From Verrucomicrobiota bacterium (GTDB taxonomy: Bacteria; Verrucomicrobiota; Verrucomicrobiia; Verrucomicrobiales; Akkermansiaceae): 64,000 nt of DNA. Below the pieces are notes generated by a model. It ran no database searches. It had not been told where the DNA came from and was given only the letters and a program-made list of their open reading frames with translations. The stretch is taken from assembly GCA_037134575.1 (NCBI GenBank), contig JBAXLW010000002.1:5181-69180 (forward strand), written 5' to 3'. A program made the translations under genes and the position numbers. Of the stretch, positions 38,040 to 47,192 are shown piece by piece (the stretch's first letter is position 1; each line of letters starts with the position of its first letter).

Positions 38040-38741
38040 ATGAAATCCGAATCCGAAATCCTCGAAAAAATCCGCAAGCTCCTCCGACTGGCCGACCGCT
38101 CCCGTGGCTCCACCGAGAACGAAGCGAAAGTGGCGCTGGCCAAGGCGCAGGAACTAATGACTCGCCATAACATCGACTCGGCGCTGCTCCGCATGGAACG
38201 CGGCGAGTCGGGCGGCGGATCGTTCACCGTCAACAAGGGCAAGGTCGATCTGCCGAAGACGCTTAACCCGGCAGACCTGATGATCCTCTCGATCCTGCAG
38301 TCGCACTTCAACGTGAAGACCATCTTGATGCCGAGCGGGAAGGGGACTCCGGTGGACATCATCGGTGCCGCCGCCGACATCGACTTCGCCATCTTTGCCT
38401 TCAACTACCTGCGGCAGACCTTCTTCCGCTGTTGGAACGAGTTCAAGCGGATGCATGCCAATCCGGACAAGGCATCCTACTACCGGGGGCTGCGTGACGG
38501 GCTCAATGCCGAACTCAAAGCGGCCAAGCAACGGGCCGAGCAATCCTACGCCACCGAACAACGGCAAGCATACGGACTCGTCGTCGTGGACCAGCAGGCG
38601 GTGATCACCCGCTACGTCGAGGACAATTACGGCAAGCTCCTCAACCGCAATACCCGATCACGCCGCCTGCATTCGGGCAGCTACACCGCCGGTGAAACCA
38701 AAGGCCGCACCATCCAAATCAACCGCCCACTTCCGTCATGA
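38040..38741 (+). CDS. DUF2786 domain protein
   Basis: ILEKIRKLLRLA...NEAKVALAKAQELMTRHNID N-terminal signature. Confidence 0.85.
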   Translation: MKSESEILEKIRKLLRLADRSRGSTENEAKVALAKAQELMTRHNIDSALLRMERGESGGGSFTVNKGKVDLPKTLNPADLMILSILQSHFNVKTILMPSGKGTPVDIIGAAADIDFAIFAFNYLRQTFFRCWNEFKRMHANPDKASYYRGLRDGLNAELKAAKQRAEQSYATEQRQAYGLVVVDQQAVITRYVEDNYGKLLNRNTRSRRLHSGSYTAGETKGRTIQINRPLPS

Positions 38742-38753
38742 AAGTTCTCCAAC

Positions 38754-38807
38754 AGAAAGACGAAAAAAGACATGGACGTGCCCGATCAGACGGGCAGATG
38801 AGGGATG
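38754..38807 (+). repeat. 54-bp dispersed repeat, copy B
   Basis: See copy A; ends 2 nt before the ATG at 38810. Confidence 0.75.
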
Positions 38808-38809
38808 CT

Positions 38810-39040
38810 ATGACAACAGTATCCATTCCTAACAACTACCTGACCAATGCGATGCAACAAGGCATTCGTGGATTTGAGAATAACGGCTTCACCGTCCGGC
38901 GCATCCTGCCAGTCGATTTGATGGCCGGCATTCATGCCCGCGAGTTCCGCGCTGACTTCGCCAAGCCAACCAAATTCGGACTGCTGGTGTTCAGCGTCCG
39001 GATCGACACCGACGGCAACGTCACCAACCCCAACCATTGA
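38810..39040 (+). CDS. Hypothetical protein
   Basis: Start MTTVS directly after repeat copy B. Confidence 0.6.
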   Translation: MTTVSIPNNYLTNAMQQGIRGFENNGFTVRRILPVDLMAGIHAREFRADFAKPTKFGLLVFSVRIDTDGNVTNPNH

Positions 39041-39052
39041 ACTAACACCACG

Positions 39053-39550
39053 ATGAACAAACTGTATTGGATCGTCTGCGACGACAAGGACACCAACGTA
39101 TTCGAAGGCCGCTTTCAAGGTCGCACACGCGGCGAAGCCTTGAAGTTCCTCAAGCAGTCCATCGGGCGCAAGACGCTCAACGGACTGGTCTTCACCATCA
39201 CCGAAATACCGGTGCTACTGATCCGCGAGATCGTCGCGGAAATCCTCGCCGAGGGCAGCAACGCCACGCCTGCCGTGAATATCGTGCCGCTCATCAGACC
39301 AGACCCCGAGGCTAGCCCGGGACGTTACGACGCGTTTGCCGACGCGGTTGAGCCCGAACCAACGCCCGCAGAAGCCACGCCGCCCAAGCCCGCCAAGAAG
39401 GTCGGCAATCCCGGTCACGGCGACGACCACTGGTCGCAGGTGAAAGCCTACTGGCTCGAATGCCGCAGCGTGAAACAGACCGCCGAGCATTTCAACCTCT
39501 CACCTAACACGCTCAAAACTCGCAGTCGGAGAGAGGGGTGGGGCAAATGA
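39053..39550 (+). CDS. Hypothetical protein with possible C-terminal HTH
   Basis: SVKQTAEHFNLSPNTLKTRSRREGW pattern. Confidence 0.7.
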   Translation: MNKLYWIVCDDKDTNVFEGRFQGRTRGEALKFLKQSIGRKTLNGLVFTITEIPVLLIREIVAEILAEGSNATPAVNIVPLIRPDPEASPGRYDAFADAVEPEPTPAEATPPKPAKKVGNPGHGDDHWSQVKAYWLECRSVKQTAEHFNLSPNTLKTRSRREGWGK

Positions 39551-39882
39551 GTGTCTCCGACTGGAAACCGACCACCGTCGATGGCGCGACCGTCTGCCAC
39601 TACTCTGACCGAACCGCCTGCACGGTGATTCGCGTCAGCCCCAGCGGCAAGACCGTCTGGATGCAGGAAGACACCGCCACGCTCGACGGCTGGAAACCCA
39701 AGTTCATCCCTGGCGGATTCGCCGGCCACTGCGTGAACAACGCCGAACAGCGGTATGTCTATCAGCCGAATCCGCAAGGTGTGATTCATCGCGCCAGCCT
39801 GCGCAAGGACGGCAACTTCCGCACCACCAACGGCGAGGCGGTCATCCCAGGCCGTTACCACTTCCACGACTACAACTTCTGA
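39547..39882 (+). CDS. Hypothetical phage protein
   Basis: Coupled (ATGA) ORF starting MSVSDW. Confidence 0.7.
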   Translation: MSVSDWKPTTVDGATVCHYSDRTACTVIRVSPSGKTVWMQEDTATLDGWKPKFIPGGFAGHCVNNAEQRYVYQPNPQGVIHRASLRKDGNFRTTNGEAVIPGRYHFHDYNF

Positions 39883-40121
39883 TGAGAGTCGCAGTCGAAA
39901 AATACCGCAAACTCGATGGCTACGCCACGCGCTACTGGTCGGTGACGGTGAATGGCGAACTGCTCGCCGTCACCGTCTACCGCAAGGGCGCGAAGGCCGT
40001 CGCTCAAGCCATCACTAACCAAAACCAAGATCCCCATGTCACAACCCTTCAAGATTCTACCAACACCGTCACCATGTCCCACAAGTCCACCGCTGGCGTG
40101 GCGACCTATCAGACCCGATGA
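39882..40121 (+). CDS. Hypothetical protein (79 aa)
   Basis: Coupled TGATG start; its 3' end overlaps the next gene. Confidence 0.55.
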   Translation: MRVAVEKYRKLDGYATRYWSVTVNGELLAVTVYRKGAKAVAQAITNQNQDPHVTTLQDSTNTVTMSHKSTAGVATYQTR

Positions 40122-40701
40122 CCTTTGCGGCCCAGCCGCCACGGTCGCACGCCGACTTGTCACCAAGGCGCAAAAGCTTCACGATGATCCAAGCGTTCCA
40201 GTAAAGATCCTGCTCTACGGTCCGCCCGGTGTCGGCAAGACCAGCATCGCGGACATGGTGGCCGACACGCTGTCGGGCACGCGCTTCGCCATCGAGGAAT
40301 TCAACGGCAAGCTCGTCACGGTCGAAACCGTGAAACAGTGGATGTCCAGCCTCGGCACCTGCTCGCTCTTCGGAGTCTACTCAGTGAAAATCATCAACGA
40401 GATGGACCGCTGCACGCGGGATGCTCAGGACCTGCTCCTGAGCTACCTCGACCGAATGCCATCAGGGCGGGCTGTTATCGGCACGAGTAACCTGCAACTC
40501 GACCTTCTAACGGAGCGGTTCCAAACACGCTTCCAGTCGATCAAGCTCGCCGCCCCATCCACCGAGGACATCGCCACCATGCTCCGCTGCCACTGGCCGG
40601 TCGATGAAGCGACCTCACTACGGATCGCGGTGGGTTCTGGCGGATGCGTACGGGCCGCACTGGCCGATCTGGAATCCTGGCTAGATGCCAGCGACTGTTG
40701 A
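40036..40701 (+). CDS. Small AAA+ ATPase (clamp-loader/RarA-like clade)
   Basis: LLYGPPGVGKTS, IINEMD (Walker B variant), ERFQTRF; start set at MSQPF. Confidence 0.8.
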   Translation: MSQPFKILPTPSPCPTSPPLAWRPIRPDDLCGPAATVARRLVTKAQKLHDDPSVPVKILLYGPPGVGKTSIADMVADTLSGTRFAIEEFNGKLVTVETVKQWMSSLGTCSLFGVYSVKIINEMDRCTRDAQDLLLSYLDRMPSGRAVIGTSNLQLDLLTERFQTRFQSIKLAAPSTEDIATMLRCHWPVDEATSLRIAVGSGGCVRAALADLESWLDASDC

Positions 40702-40718
40702 CAGCCGCATCCACGGCG

Positions 40719-41375
40719 ATGACTGATCATTCTCCCAAAGCTCGTACACTCGCCAATGGCATCGAAGTCTGGTGCAGCTTCGACAAGCTCGTGCCGGTGG
40801 GCGAACTCAAGCCCAACCCGCGCAATCCTAACACCCACCCGCAGCGGCAGATCGAACTGCTCGCCAAGAACATCCGCTATTTCGGCTGGCGGCAGACGAT
40901 CACGATTTCAAAGCTCACCGGTCTGATCGTCTCCGGCCACGGACGCCTGATGGCAGCCAAGCACCTCGGCGTTGAAGTCGTGCCCGTGGACTATCAGGAC
41001 TTTGCCAGCGAGAACGATGAACTCGCCGTGCTGGTGGCAGACAACCGTTTGGCCGAACTATCCACGGTCGATCTTAACGAACTTGAAAAGATTGCCAGTG
41101 AATGGAAGTCCATCGACTTCGACACGATCCTCGCAGGTTTCGAGCCTGCCGACATCGAGGGACTGCTCAATCCCAGTGGCAACGACGGTGACGAGGATGA
41201 CGACGACCGCCATGACAAGGAGCTCGACAAGAGCGATGTCACCGTTGCGGTCGGTCTCTATCGGTTCCGCATCACTCAGGAAGAATTCATCGCGTGGTGC
41301 GACCGCGTGAAACAGGACGCCGGTTTCGACAAGGAATCCGTGCTCAACGAAATCCGCAGCCGCCTCGTACTATGA
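40719..41375 (+). CDS. ParB/Srx N-terminal domain protein
   Basis: LKPNPRNPNTH, NIRYFGWRQTI, IVSGHGRLMAA, ADNRLAE; start MTDHS. Confidence 0.88.
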   Translation: MTDHSPKARTLANGIEVWCSFDKLVPVGELKPNPRNPNTHPQRQIELLAKNIRYFGWRQTITISKLTGLIVSGHGRLMAAKHLGVEVVPVDYQDFASENDELAVLVADNRLAELSTVDLNELEKIASEWKSIDFDTILAGFEPADIEGLLNPSGNDGDEDDDDRHDKELDKSDVTVAVGLYRFRITQEEFIAWCDRVKQDAGFDKESVLNEIRSRLVL

Positions 41376-42886
41376 ACATCGTACTCGAATCCATCGACGA
41401 CGTAAGACCTAGTTCTTACAACCCACGGTCGGCGGTTGCCGAGCGTCTTGACCTCATCAAACTGTCGCTGCGCAAGCTCGGCTTCATCGCGCCGATCTTT
41501 GCTGACTCGGACGGCGAGATTCTTTCTGGTCACCAGCGCCACCTCGTCGCCAGCCGCATGGGTGCCACGCACGTCCCGGTGTCCCGCACCAAGGCACTCG
41601 AACTTGAACAGCGCAAGGCACTCAACATCGTCTTCAACCGAGCGACCAACGATTTCGATTTCAACAGCACGCCCGGCAGAGTTACCAGCGAGTTACAATC
41701 GCTGGACATTCAGGCACTCGCCGCTCTGATTCCCGACAAGGAGGTCGGCAGCGATGGATTCCTGCGCTGCCTCAAGCCTGCGGAGGTAAGCGTGAAAGAT
41801 CTCTGCCGGGTGAACTCAGGCCGCTGGATCCAGTATGCCCGCAACCTCGCCCGCACTCTGCATCGCCACGGCATCCTCATGCCAATCGTCTGCCGCGAGG
41901 ATCTCACGGTCATCAACGGCATCGGTCGGTTAGAAATGCTCGCGGAAAAAGGATTCGCGTTTGCACCCGTCGTGTTCGTGACCGACGAAGAAGCGGAGTT
42001 CGCTCGGGCGATGATGAATTTACTGTCGATGGATTTCGACATCCATACGCGCTATGCCGACATGCTGCGCTTCAATTCGTTCCGCCGGGCACGCCGCGTG
42101 AGGCGCGAGCTTGGTAACGGCTTCATCTTCGCCACGCACGGCGCGAAGCCATGCAAGGATTTCGACATCGGCAAGGCATCCGACCGCACCCGCTGGACCA
42201 AAGAGCACGGCACGACGATCCTCGACTTCGGGGCCGGCCACCTGACCGAAACTTTCCTCCTGCGTCAGGCCGGGATCGACTGCACGCCGTTCGAGCCGTA
42301 TCGCCTTGGATCAGGGGGCATCAACAAGACGGAGAGCGTGGAACTGGCACGCACGTTTCTCGCCGAAGTGGCGGCAGACAAGGAATGGACGAGCATCTTC
42401 ATTGCAAGCGTGCTGAATTCAGTGCCGTTCCGCGAGGACCGCGAGCACATCGCCTGCCTCTGCGCCGCATTGTGCAAGCCCTTCACCAAAGTCTATGCCT
42501 GCGCGTCATCGGCAGGTGAGTCCGGCTGGCGGCAAGTGAATGGCAAGGCGTTCATGAACGAGAGCAACGCCGGCAACATCGCGTTCCGCCTCGACTACGA
42601 ACCAGGCATCCGCATCGGTGATTTTCAGGACAAGCCCAAGGTCCAAAAGTATCACACCGAGTCAGAGTTTCGCGACTTGTTCGGCCCATTCTTCCGCTCG
42701 GTAAAGGTCGATGACTTTTCCAACAACATCAACGCGGCCTGCGCGTCAGCCCTGCCAGTTGATCCTAACAAACTGCGTGCAGCTATCGAGTTTGAGTTCA
42801 ACCTGCCCTATCCAGATGGCACCCGAATGGATCTCGTGAAATGCGCCATGGACTCTTTCTCCCAACGTCTTCAGATTACCCTATGA
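41372..42886 (+). CDS. Tandem ParB-like domains fused to class I SAM-dependent methyltransferase-like domain
   Basis: SYNPR...LGFIAPI...ILSGHQR (ParB 1), HGILMPIV...VINGIGR (ParB 2), ILDFGAG and IASVLNSV (MTase motif I and a motif IV-like segment); start MNIVL. Confidence 0.75.
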   Translation: MNIVLESIDDVRPSSYNPRSAVAERLDLIKLSLRKLGFIAPIFADSDGEILSGHQRHLVASRMGATHVPVSRTKALELEQRKALNIVFNRATNDFDFNSTPGRVTSELQSLDIQALAALIPDKEVGSDGFLRCLKPAEVSVKDLCRVNSGRWIQYARNLARTLHRHGILMPIVCREDLTVINGIGRLEMLAEKGFAFAPVVFVTDEEAEFARAMMNLLSMDFDIHTRYADMLRFNSFRRARRVRRELGNGFIFATHGAKPCKDFDIGKASDRTRWTKEHGTTILDFGAGHLTETFLLRQAGIDCTPFEPYRLGSGGINKTESVELARTFLAEVAADKEWTSIFIASVLNSVPFREDREHIACLCAALCKPFTKVYACASSAGESGWRQVNGKAFMNESNAGNIAFRLDYEPGIRIGDFQDKPKVQKYHTESEFRDLFGPFFRSVKVDDFSNNINAACASALPVDPNKLRAAIEFEFNLPYPDGTRMDLVKCAMDSFSQRLQITL

Positions 42887-43335
42887 TCATCCTGCTAGAC
42901 CTCAACTTTACGCTCGTGGCGAACAACCCAGCACGAGGCACCACGCCCGTCCGTATGGACAAGCGACTGGCCAACGAGCAATACCGCCAGTGGCTGGTGG
43001 AACTGGTGCGGCCTCACACGGTTGTCCTCATCACCGCCCGCCCGGACACCTGGACGGTTAGAACTCTCGACCGTATCGAGGAGCAAACCGGATGGCGGCC
43101 GCAGGATGCATGCTTCGCGCCGAAGGGCTGGTGGAATCCACCTACGATCAAAGAGCATCTACTCAAGAAGGACGTGTTCCCAACCCACGGCGATGACGCA
43201 CGCTATCTCGCGATCGAAAGCAACCCGAGGACCCGCGAGATGTACGCGAAATTTTCCATCCCGTGCTTATGGGTGACCCCTAAAGGTGACCGACTAACGG
43301 ATGGCGCACGGATCGTGAAAAGCCTGCCGTGTTGA
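42883..43335 (+). CDS. HAD-superfamily (PNKP-phosphatase-like) protein
   Basis: ILLDLNFTL (DxD to DxN variant), LITARP, IKEHLLK, AIESN; start MIILL. Confidence 0.7.
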   Translation: MIILLDLNFTLVANNPARGTTPVRMDKRLANEQYRQWLVELVRPHTVVLITARPDTWTVRTLDRIEEQTGWRPQDACFAPKGWWNPPTIKEHLLKKDVFPTHGDDARYLAIESNPRTREMYAKFSIPCLWVTPKGDRLTDGARIVKSLPC

Positions 43336-43351
43336 CATCTGTCACGCGGGC

Positions 43352-44074
43352 ATGAGTGAAGCACAACGTGACGAGGTGATCCCACGCGGAGCCTGGCAGT
43401 TCGATCAGGAAGTAACTGCGGTGTTCGACGACATGCTCCAGCGGAGCATCCCGCAATACAACGCGATGCGCATGGTCACCTTCGAGGTTGGGCGGCGCTT
43501 CGTGCAACCGGGCACCGCCATCATCGACATGGGATGCTCACGCGGCCAGGCGCTGCTGCCATTCGTTTCTAACTTCGGAACTGCCAACGATTACATCGGC
43601 ATGGAAATCAGCGAGCCGATGATCGAGGCGGCACGTCAGAACTTTTCCTACCATCCGCACGGTGAGCGCGTCAGCATCCAGTCTGCCGACCTGCGCCACG
43701 AGTTCCCTCGTGTGACATCCAGCCTCGTGCTCTCGGTGCTCACCCTGCAATTCACGCCCATCGAATACCGCCAGCAAATCATCCGCCGCGTGTTCGAATC
43801 ACTGGCTCCGGGCGGTGCATTCATTCTCGTTGAGAAGGTGCTGGGTGCCACGGCGAAGCTCGACGAGGCATTCGTGAATCTCTTCCTCAACATCAAGCGG
43901 GAGAACGGGTATTCCGACAGTCAGATCGACCGCAAGCGGCTGTCGCTCGAAGGCGTGCTGGTCCCCGTCACCGCCAAATGGAACGAGGAGTTGCTCTATC
44001 AGGAAGGCTTCACGTCGGTCGATTGCTTCTGGCGGCATCTAAACTTCGCCGGGTGGGTGGCCGTGAAGCCATGA
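43352..44074 (+). CDS. cmoA: CmoA-like carboxy-S-adenosylmethionine synthase
   Basis: End-to-end resemblance to E. coli CmoA as recalled: WQFDQEVTAVFDDMLQRSIPQY, RFVQPGT, DMGCSRG, TLQF, GGAFILVEK, KRENGYS and RKRLSLE (R196, equivalent to R199). Confidence 0.85.
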   Translation: MSEAQRDEVIPRGAWQFDQEVTAVFDDMLQRSIPQYNAMRMVTFEVGRRFVQPGTAIIDMGCSRGQALLPFVSNFGTANDYIGMEISEPMIEAARQNFSYHPHGERVSIQSADLRHEFPRVTSSLVLSVLTLQFTPIEYRQQIIRRVFESLAPGGAFILVEKVLGATAKLDEAFVNLFLNIKRENGYSDSQIDRKRLSLEGVLVPVTAKWNEELLYQEGFTSVDCFWRHLNFAGWVAVKP

Positions 44075-44095
44075 GTTGACGGGGAGTCACCTCGT

Positions 44096-44773
44096 GTGAG
44101 CGGAAAATTTGCAAAAAAGTGGACCAAGGAACGCCAAGCCGAATACATGGCAAATTATCGCGAAGAGAACCGCGAGCGACTCAAGATTCTATACCGTGAG
44201 AACTACGCTGAAAATCGCGAGGCTCGACTTGCGACTAGGCGGCTTTACTACCAGAAAAACAAGAAAGTTCACGCTGAGGCAGGCAAGAGGTGGTTAGAGG
44301 CAAATCGGGATAAGGTTCGCGCCTATCAGGCAAATTACCGGAAGCGCAACATCCTTCGGATAAAAGCTTACGAGCAGAAATACTATCAAGAGAACAGAGA
44401 AAGATGTATTAGGCGCCAGCTCGTTCTGGAAAAGTCCACCCCAAACAGGCGCATTGCATCGACGCTAAGAAAGCAACTCAACCGGTGGGTCAAAAAATCG
44501 TCGGGCAGACACTCGACCCAGGAACTTCTCGGTTGCTCGTTTTCCGAATTCCGTGAGTGGATCGAGTTGAAATTCAAGAGGGGGATGAAGTGGGACAACT
44601 ACGGCCGGGTATGGCACATCGACCACGTCATGCCCTGCTGCGCGTTTGATCTGACGCGGCCGGGGCAGGTGAAGATTTGCTTTCACTTCACAAATCTCCG
44701 GCCGATGTCGGCACGAGCCAATCTGAGCAAAAACAGAAAGATCACTGAGCCACAACTGCGTCTTCCACTTTGA
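44096..44773 (+). CDS. HNH endonuclease with repetitive basic N-terminus
   Basis: WHIDHVMP..FDL...CFHFTNLRPM.ARANLSK; repeated Y/W.xNRE/D units. Confidence 0.85.
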   Translation: MSGKFAKKWTKERQAEYMANYREENRERLKILYRENYAENREARLATRRLYYQKNKKVHAEAGKRWLEANRDKVRAYQANYRKRNILRIKAYEQKYYQENRERCIRRQLVLEKSTPNRRIASTLRKQLNRWVKKSSGRHSTQELLGCSFSEFREWIELKFKRGMKWDNYGRVWHIDHVMPCCAFDLTRPGQVKICFHFTNLRPMSARANLSKNRKITEPQLRLPL

Positions 44774-45375
44774 AATCGAATCCCACAGACGGAATCTCAA
44801 CCCAGGCGGCCGAGAAGATCCTTCAGGCAGATCTGCAAAACGTAATCCGCAAGGTCGCTGCGGGAAAACCTCTCACCGTGGTTGAGCGGGCGCGTATCGA
44901 ATCGCGGGCGGCGGGCAGCGAGGAATCGCTCGCTTATGCGAAAACCTTGGTCGAACTCTCAGCGGTGTTAGGCGTGACCCGCCGCACGCTCACCACTTGG
45001 CAGAAGATGGAGGGATCTCCGAAGCCGCTGTCCAATGGCTTGTGGCCGGTGGCCGACTGGCGCGAGTTTGTCCGTCTGCGGGGACTCAAGGCAGGCAAAA
45101 CTCCGATCGGAAACGAGGAGGCACTCAAGGCCCGCAAGTTGCTCGCTGAGGTCGAGGAGCGCGAACTCCGCATCGCGGTGAAAAAGGGCGAATACGTTCC
45201 GATCTATCAGGTGCAAAGTGAATGGATCGGCCTCGTCGCCCAAGCGACGTCCATCTTGCGCGCGAAGTTCGAGTCGGAGTTACCGCCGATTCTGTCAGGT
45301 CTCGACGCCACCGGCATTCAGCGGGAATGCCGCAAGGCAATCGATGAGGTGCTTCGCTGCCTCCACGAATCATGA
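44770..45375 (+). CDS. terS: Terminase small subunit (Nu1-like)
   Basis: HTH ELSAVLGVTRRTLTTW, coiled coil ARKLLAEVEERELRIAVKKGEYV; immediately upstream of terL. TTG start. Confidence 0.75.
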   Translation: MKSNPTDGISTQAAEKILQADLQNVIRKVAAGKPLTVVERARIESRAAGSEESLAYAKTLVELSAVLGVTRRTLTTWQKMEGSPKPLSNGLWPVADWREFVRLRGLKAGKTPIGNEEALKARKLLAEVEERELRIAVKKGEYVPIYQVQSEWIGLVAQATSILRAKFESELPPILSGLDATGIQRECRKAIDEVLRCLHES

Positions 45376-47192
45376 AGGTGCTCCACGACATCTGGCGCGA
45401 AGCGTGGCAACCGCCCGACCGCAGGCCGCCGTGGGAATGGTGTGAGGATCACATCGATGCCATCCCGTATTCGCCGAACCCGGGACGCTTCCGGTCGGAA
45501 AACTCGCCGTGGATTCGCGAGGTCATGGAATCGTTGGTCGACCCGCGCATCCGTCTTGTCTCGATCATCGCATCGGTTCAGTCGTCCAAGACCACGGCTC
45601 CGGAGCTAACGCTTTGCTACATCATCACCAATCTTCCCGGGCCGACGCTCTGGCTCGACCAAACCGACGAGGATGCCCGCGATTATTCCGAGGCGCGGCT
45701 CCAAAAACTCTTCGACCAATGCCAGCCAGTGGCACGGCTCATGCCCACCGGCATCCATCGCCACAAGCGCAAGAACAACGCCATCCACTTCAACAACGGC
45801 ATGGTGCTGTGGATTCTAGGGGCGCACAACAAGACCAACCTGCAACGCCGCTCGATCCGCTGGTTGGTCGGCGACGAAACATGGCGCTGGCCGACCGGAC
45901 ACATGGCGGAAGCCGAAGCACGCGTCACCGCATTCGGCTGGCTCGGCAAGTGCATCTTCATGAGCCAAGGCGGCGAGGAGGATGACGACACTCACCGGAA
46001 ATTTCTCACCACCGACCAGCGCGAGTGGACGTTTGCCTGCCCGAAATGCGACCACCGCCAAGCGTTCAAGTGGGAATGCGTCGAGTGGAGCAAATCGGCC
46101 AGGGATGAATTCGGCGAGTGGGATTTCGACGAAGTCCGGCGTACCACCGCCATGCGCTGCGAGTCGTGCAACCACTACTTCAACGACGGCGAGCGGACGC
46201 GGCGCGAACTCAATGCCACCGGTGCTTTCGTATCGAAGAATCCGAAGGCGTCGAAGGAAAACGTCGGCTTCCATTGGAATGCCCTGTGCGCGATGAGCTG
46301 GGGCCAGTTGGCGGAACTCTACCTGCGGGCGAAGACGGCGGCGCGTAAGGGTGACGTGTCGTTGCTCCAACAGTTCTATCAGAAGAGGCTCGGTCTGCCG
46401 TGGCGCGAATACGTCGAGGACTACAAGTTAGAGATCGTCAAATCCGGCTACAAGCGCGGCGAGACGTGGGAAGAAGAAGGCGCGATCGATCCGAAATCAG
46501 GCAAGATTCTCGCCGCCCCGCTACCCGAGCGCACCGGCCTGATCCCGCTGCGATTCATCACGGTGGACTGCCAGATGGATCACTTGTTCTTGGTGGTTCG
46601 CTCGTGGTCGGCGGAGGGATCAAGCCGTCTGATGTGGAACGAACGGATTCTAACATTCACCGACATCGACGTGTTGCAGGAACGCTTCGATGTTCACCCA
46701 AGCCTCGTGTTTCTCGACGCTGGCTATGCGACCTACGACGTCTATCGGGAATGTGCCAAGCGAGGATGGGTCGCACTCATCGGCGACCGCCGCCCAGTCT
46801 ATGCGCACAAGGGTCGCGATGGCAAAACCGTCCAGCGATTTTACTCACCCCGGCGCAAGGTCGTGCTTTCGCATCGCCAGTCCTGCCACGTCCACTACTG
46901 GAGCAACCTCAACATCAAGGACACGCTGGCCCGTCTCCGTCGCAACCAAGATGCGTCCCAAGGCCCGACGTGGGAAGTGCCTGACGACATCGACGACGAC
47001 TACCTCGCCCAGTTGGAAAGCGAGCAGCGCATCAAGGAAAAAGGTCAGTGGATGTGGAAGCAAATCGGCTCGCGACCGAATCACTTTTTTGATTGTGAGT
47101 CCATGCAGGCGACAGCGGCGACCATGCTCAAGATCGTCGGTCGGGAATCCATTGCCGCCGCCCCGGTTGACACTCCGGACGAGGGAGCATGA
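45372..47192 (+). CDS. terL: Terminase large subunit (lambda gpA family)
   Basis: PWIREVM, ASVQSSKT, LVGDETW, CPKC..C..C zinc finger, ITVDCQ, NHFFDCE. Confidence 0.92.
   Translation: MKVLHDIWREAWQPPDRRPPWEWCEDHIDAIPYSPNPGRFRSENSPWIREVMESLVDPRIRLVSIIASVQSSKTTAPELTLCYIITNLPGPTLWLDQTDEDARDYSEARLQKLFDQCQPVARLMPTGIHRHKRKNNAIHFNNGMVLWILGAHNKTNLQRRSIRWLVGDETWRWPTGHMAEAEARVTAFGWLGKCIFMSQGGEEDDDTHRKFLTTDQREWTFACPKCDHRQAFKWECVEWSKSARDEFGEWDFDEVRRTTAMRCESCNHYFNDGERTRRELNATGAFVSKNPKASKENVGFHWNALCAMSWGQLAELYLRAKTAARKGDVSLLQQFYQKRLGLPWREYVEDYKLEIVKSGYKRGETWEEEGAIDPKSGKILAAPLPERTGLIPLRFITVDCQMDHLFLVVRSWSAEGSSRLMWNERILTFTDIDVLQERFDVHPSLVFLDAGYATYDVYRECAKRGWVALIGDRRPVYAHKGRDGKTVQRFYSPRRKVVLSHRQSCHVHYWSNLNIKDTLARLRRNQDASQGPTWEVPDDIDDDYLAQLESEQRIKEKGQWMWKQIGSRPNHFFDCESMQATAATMLKIVGRESIAAAPVDTPDEGA

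Noticed and set aside
43352-44074. Ordinary host cmoAB tRNA-modification operon
   Set aside because: No cmoB is adjacent, and the gene sits in a prophage operon. A tRNA role cannot be fully excluded.
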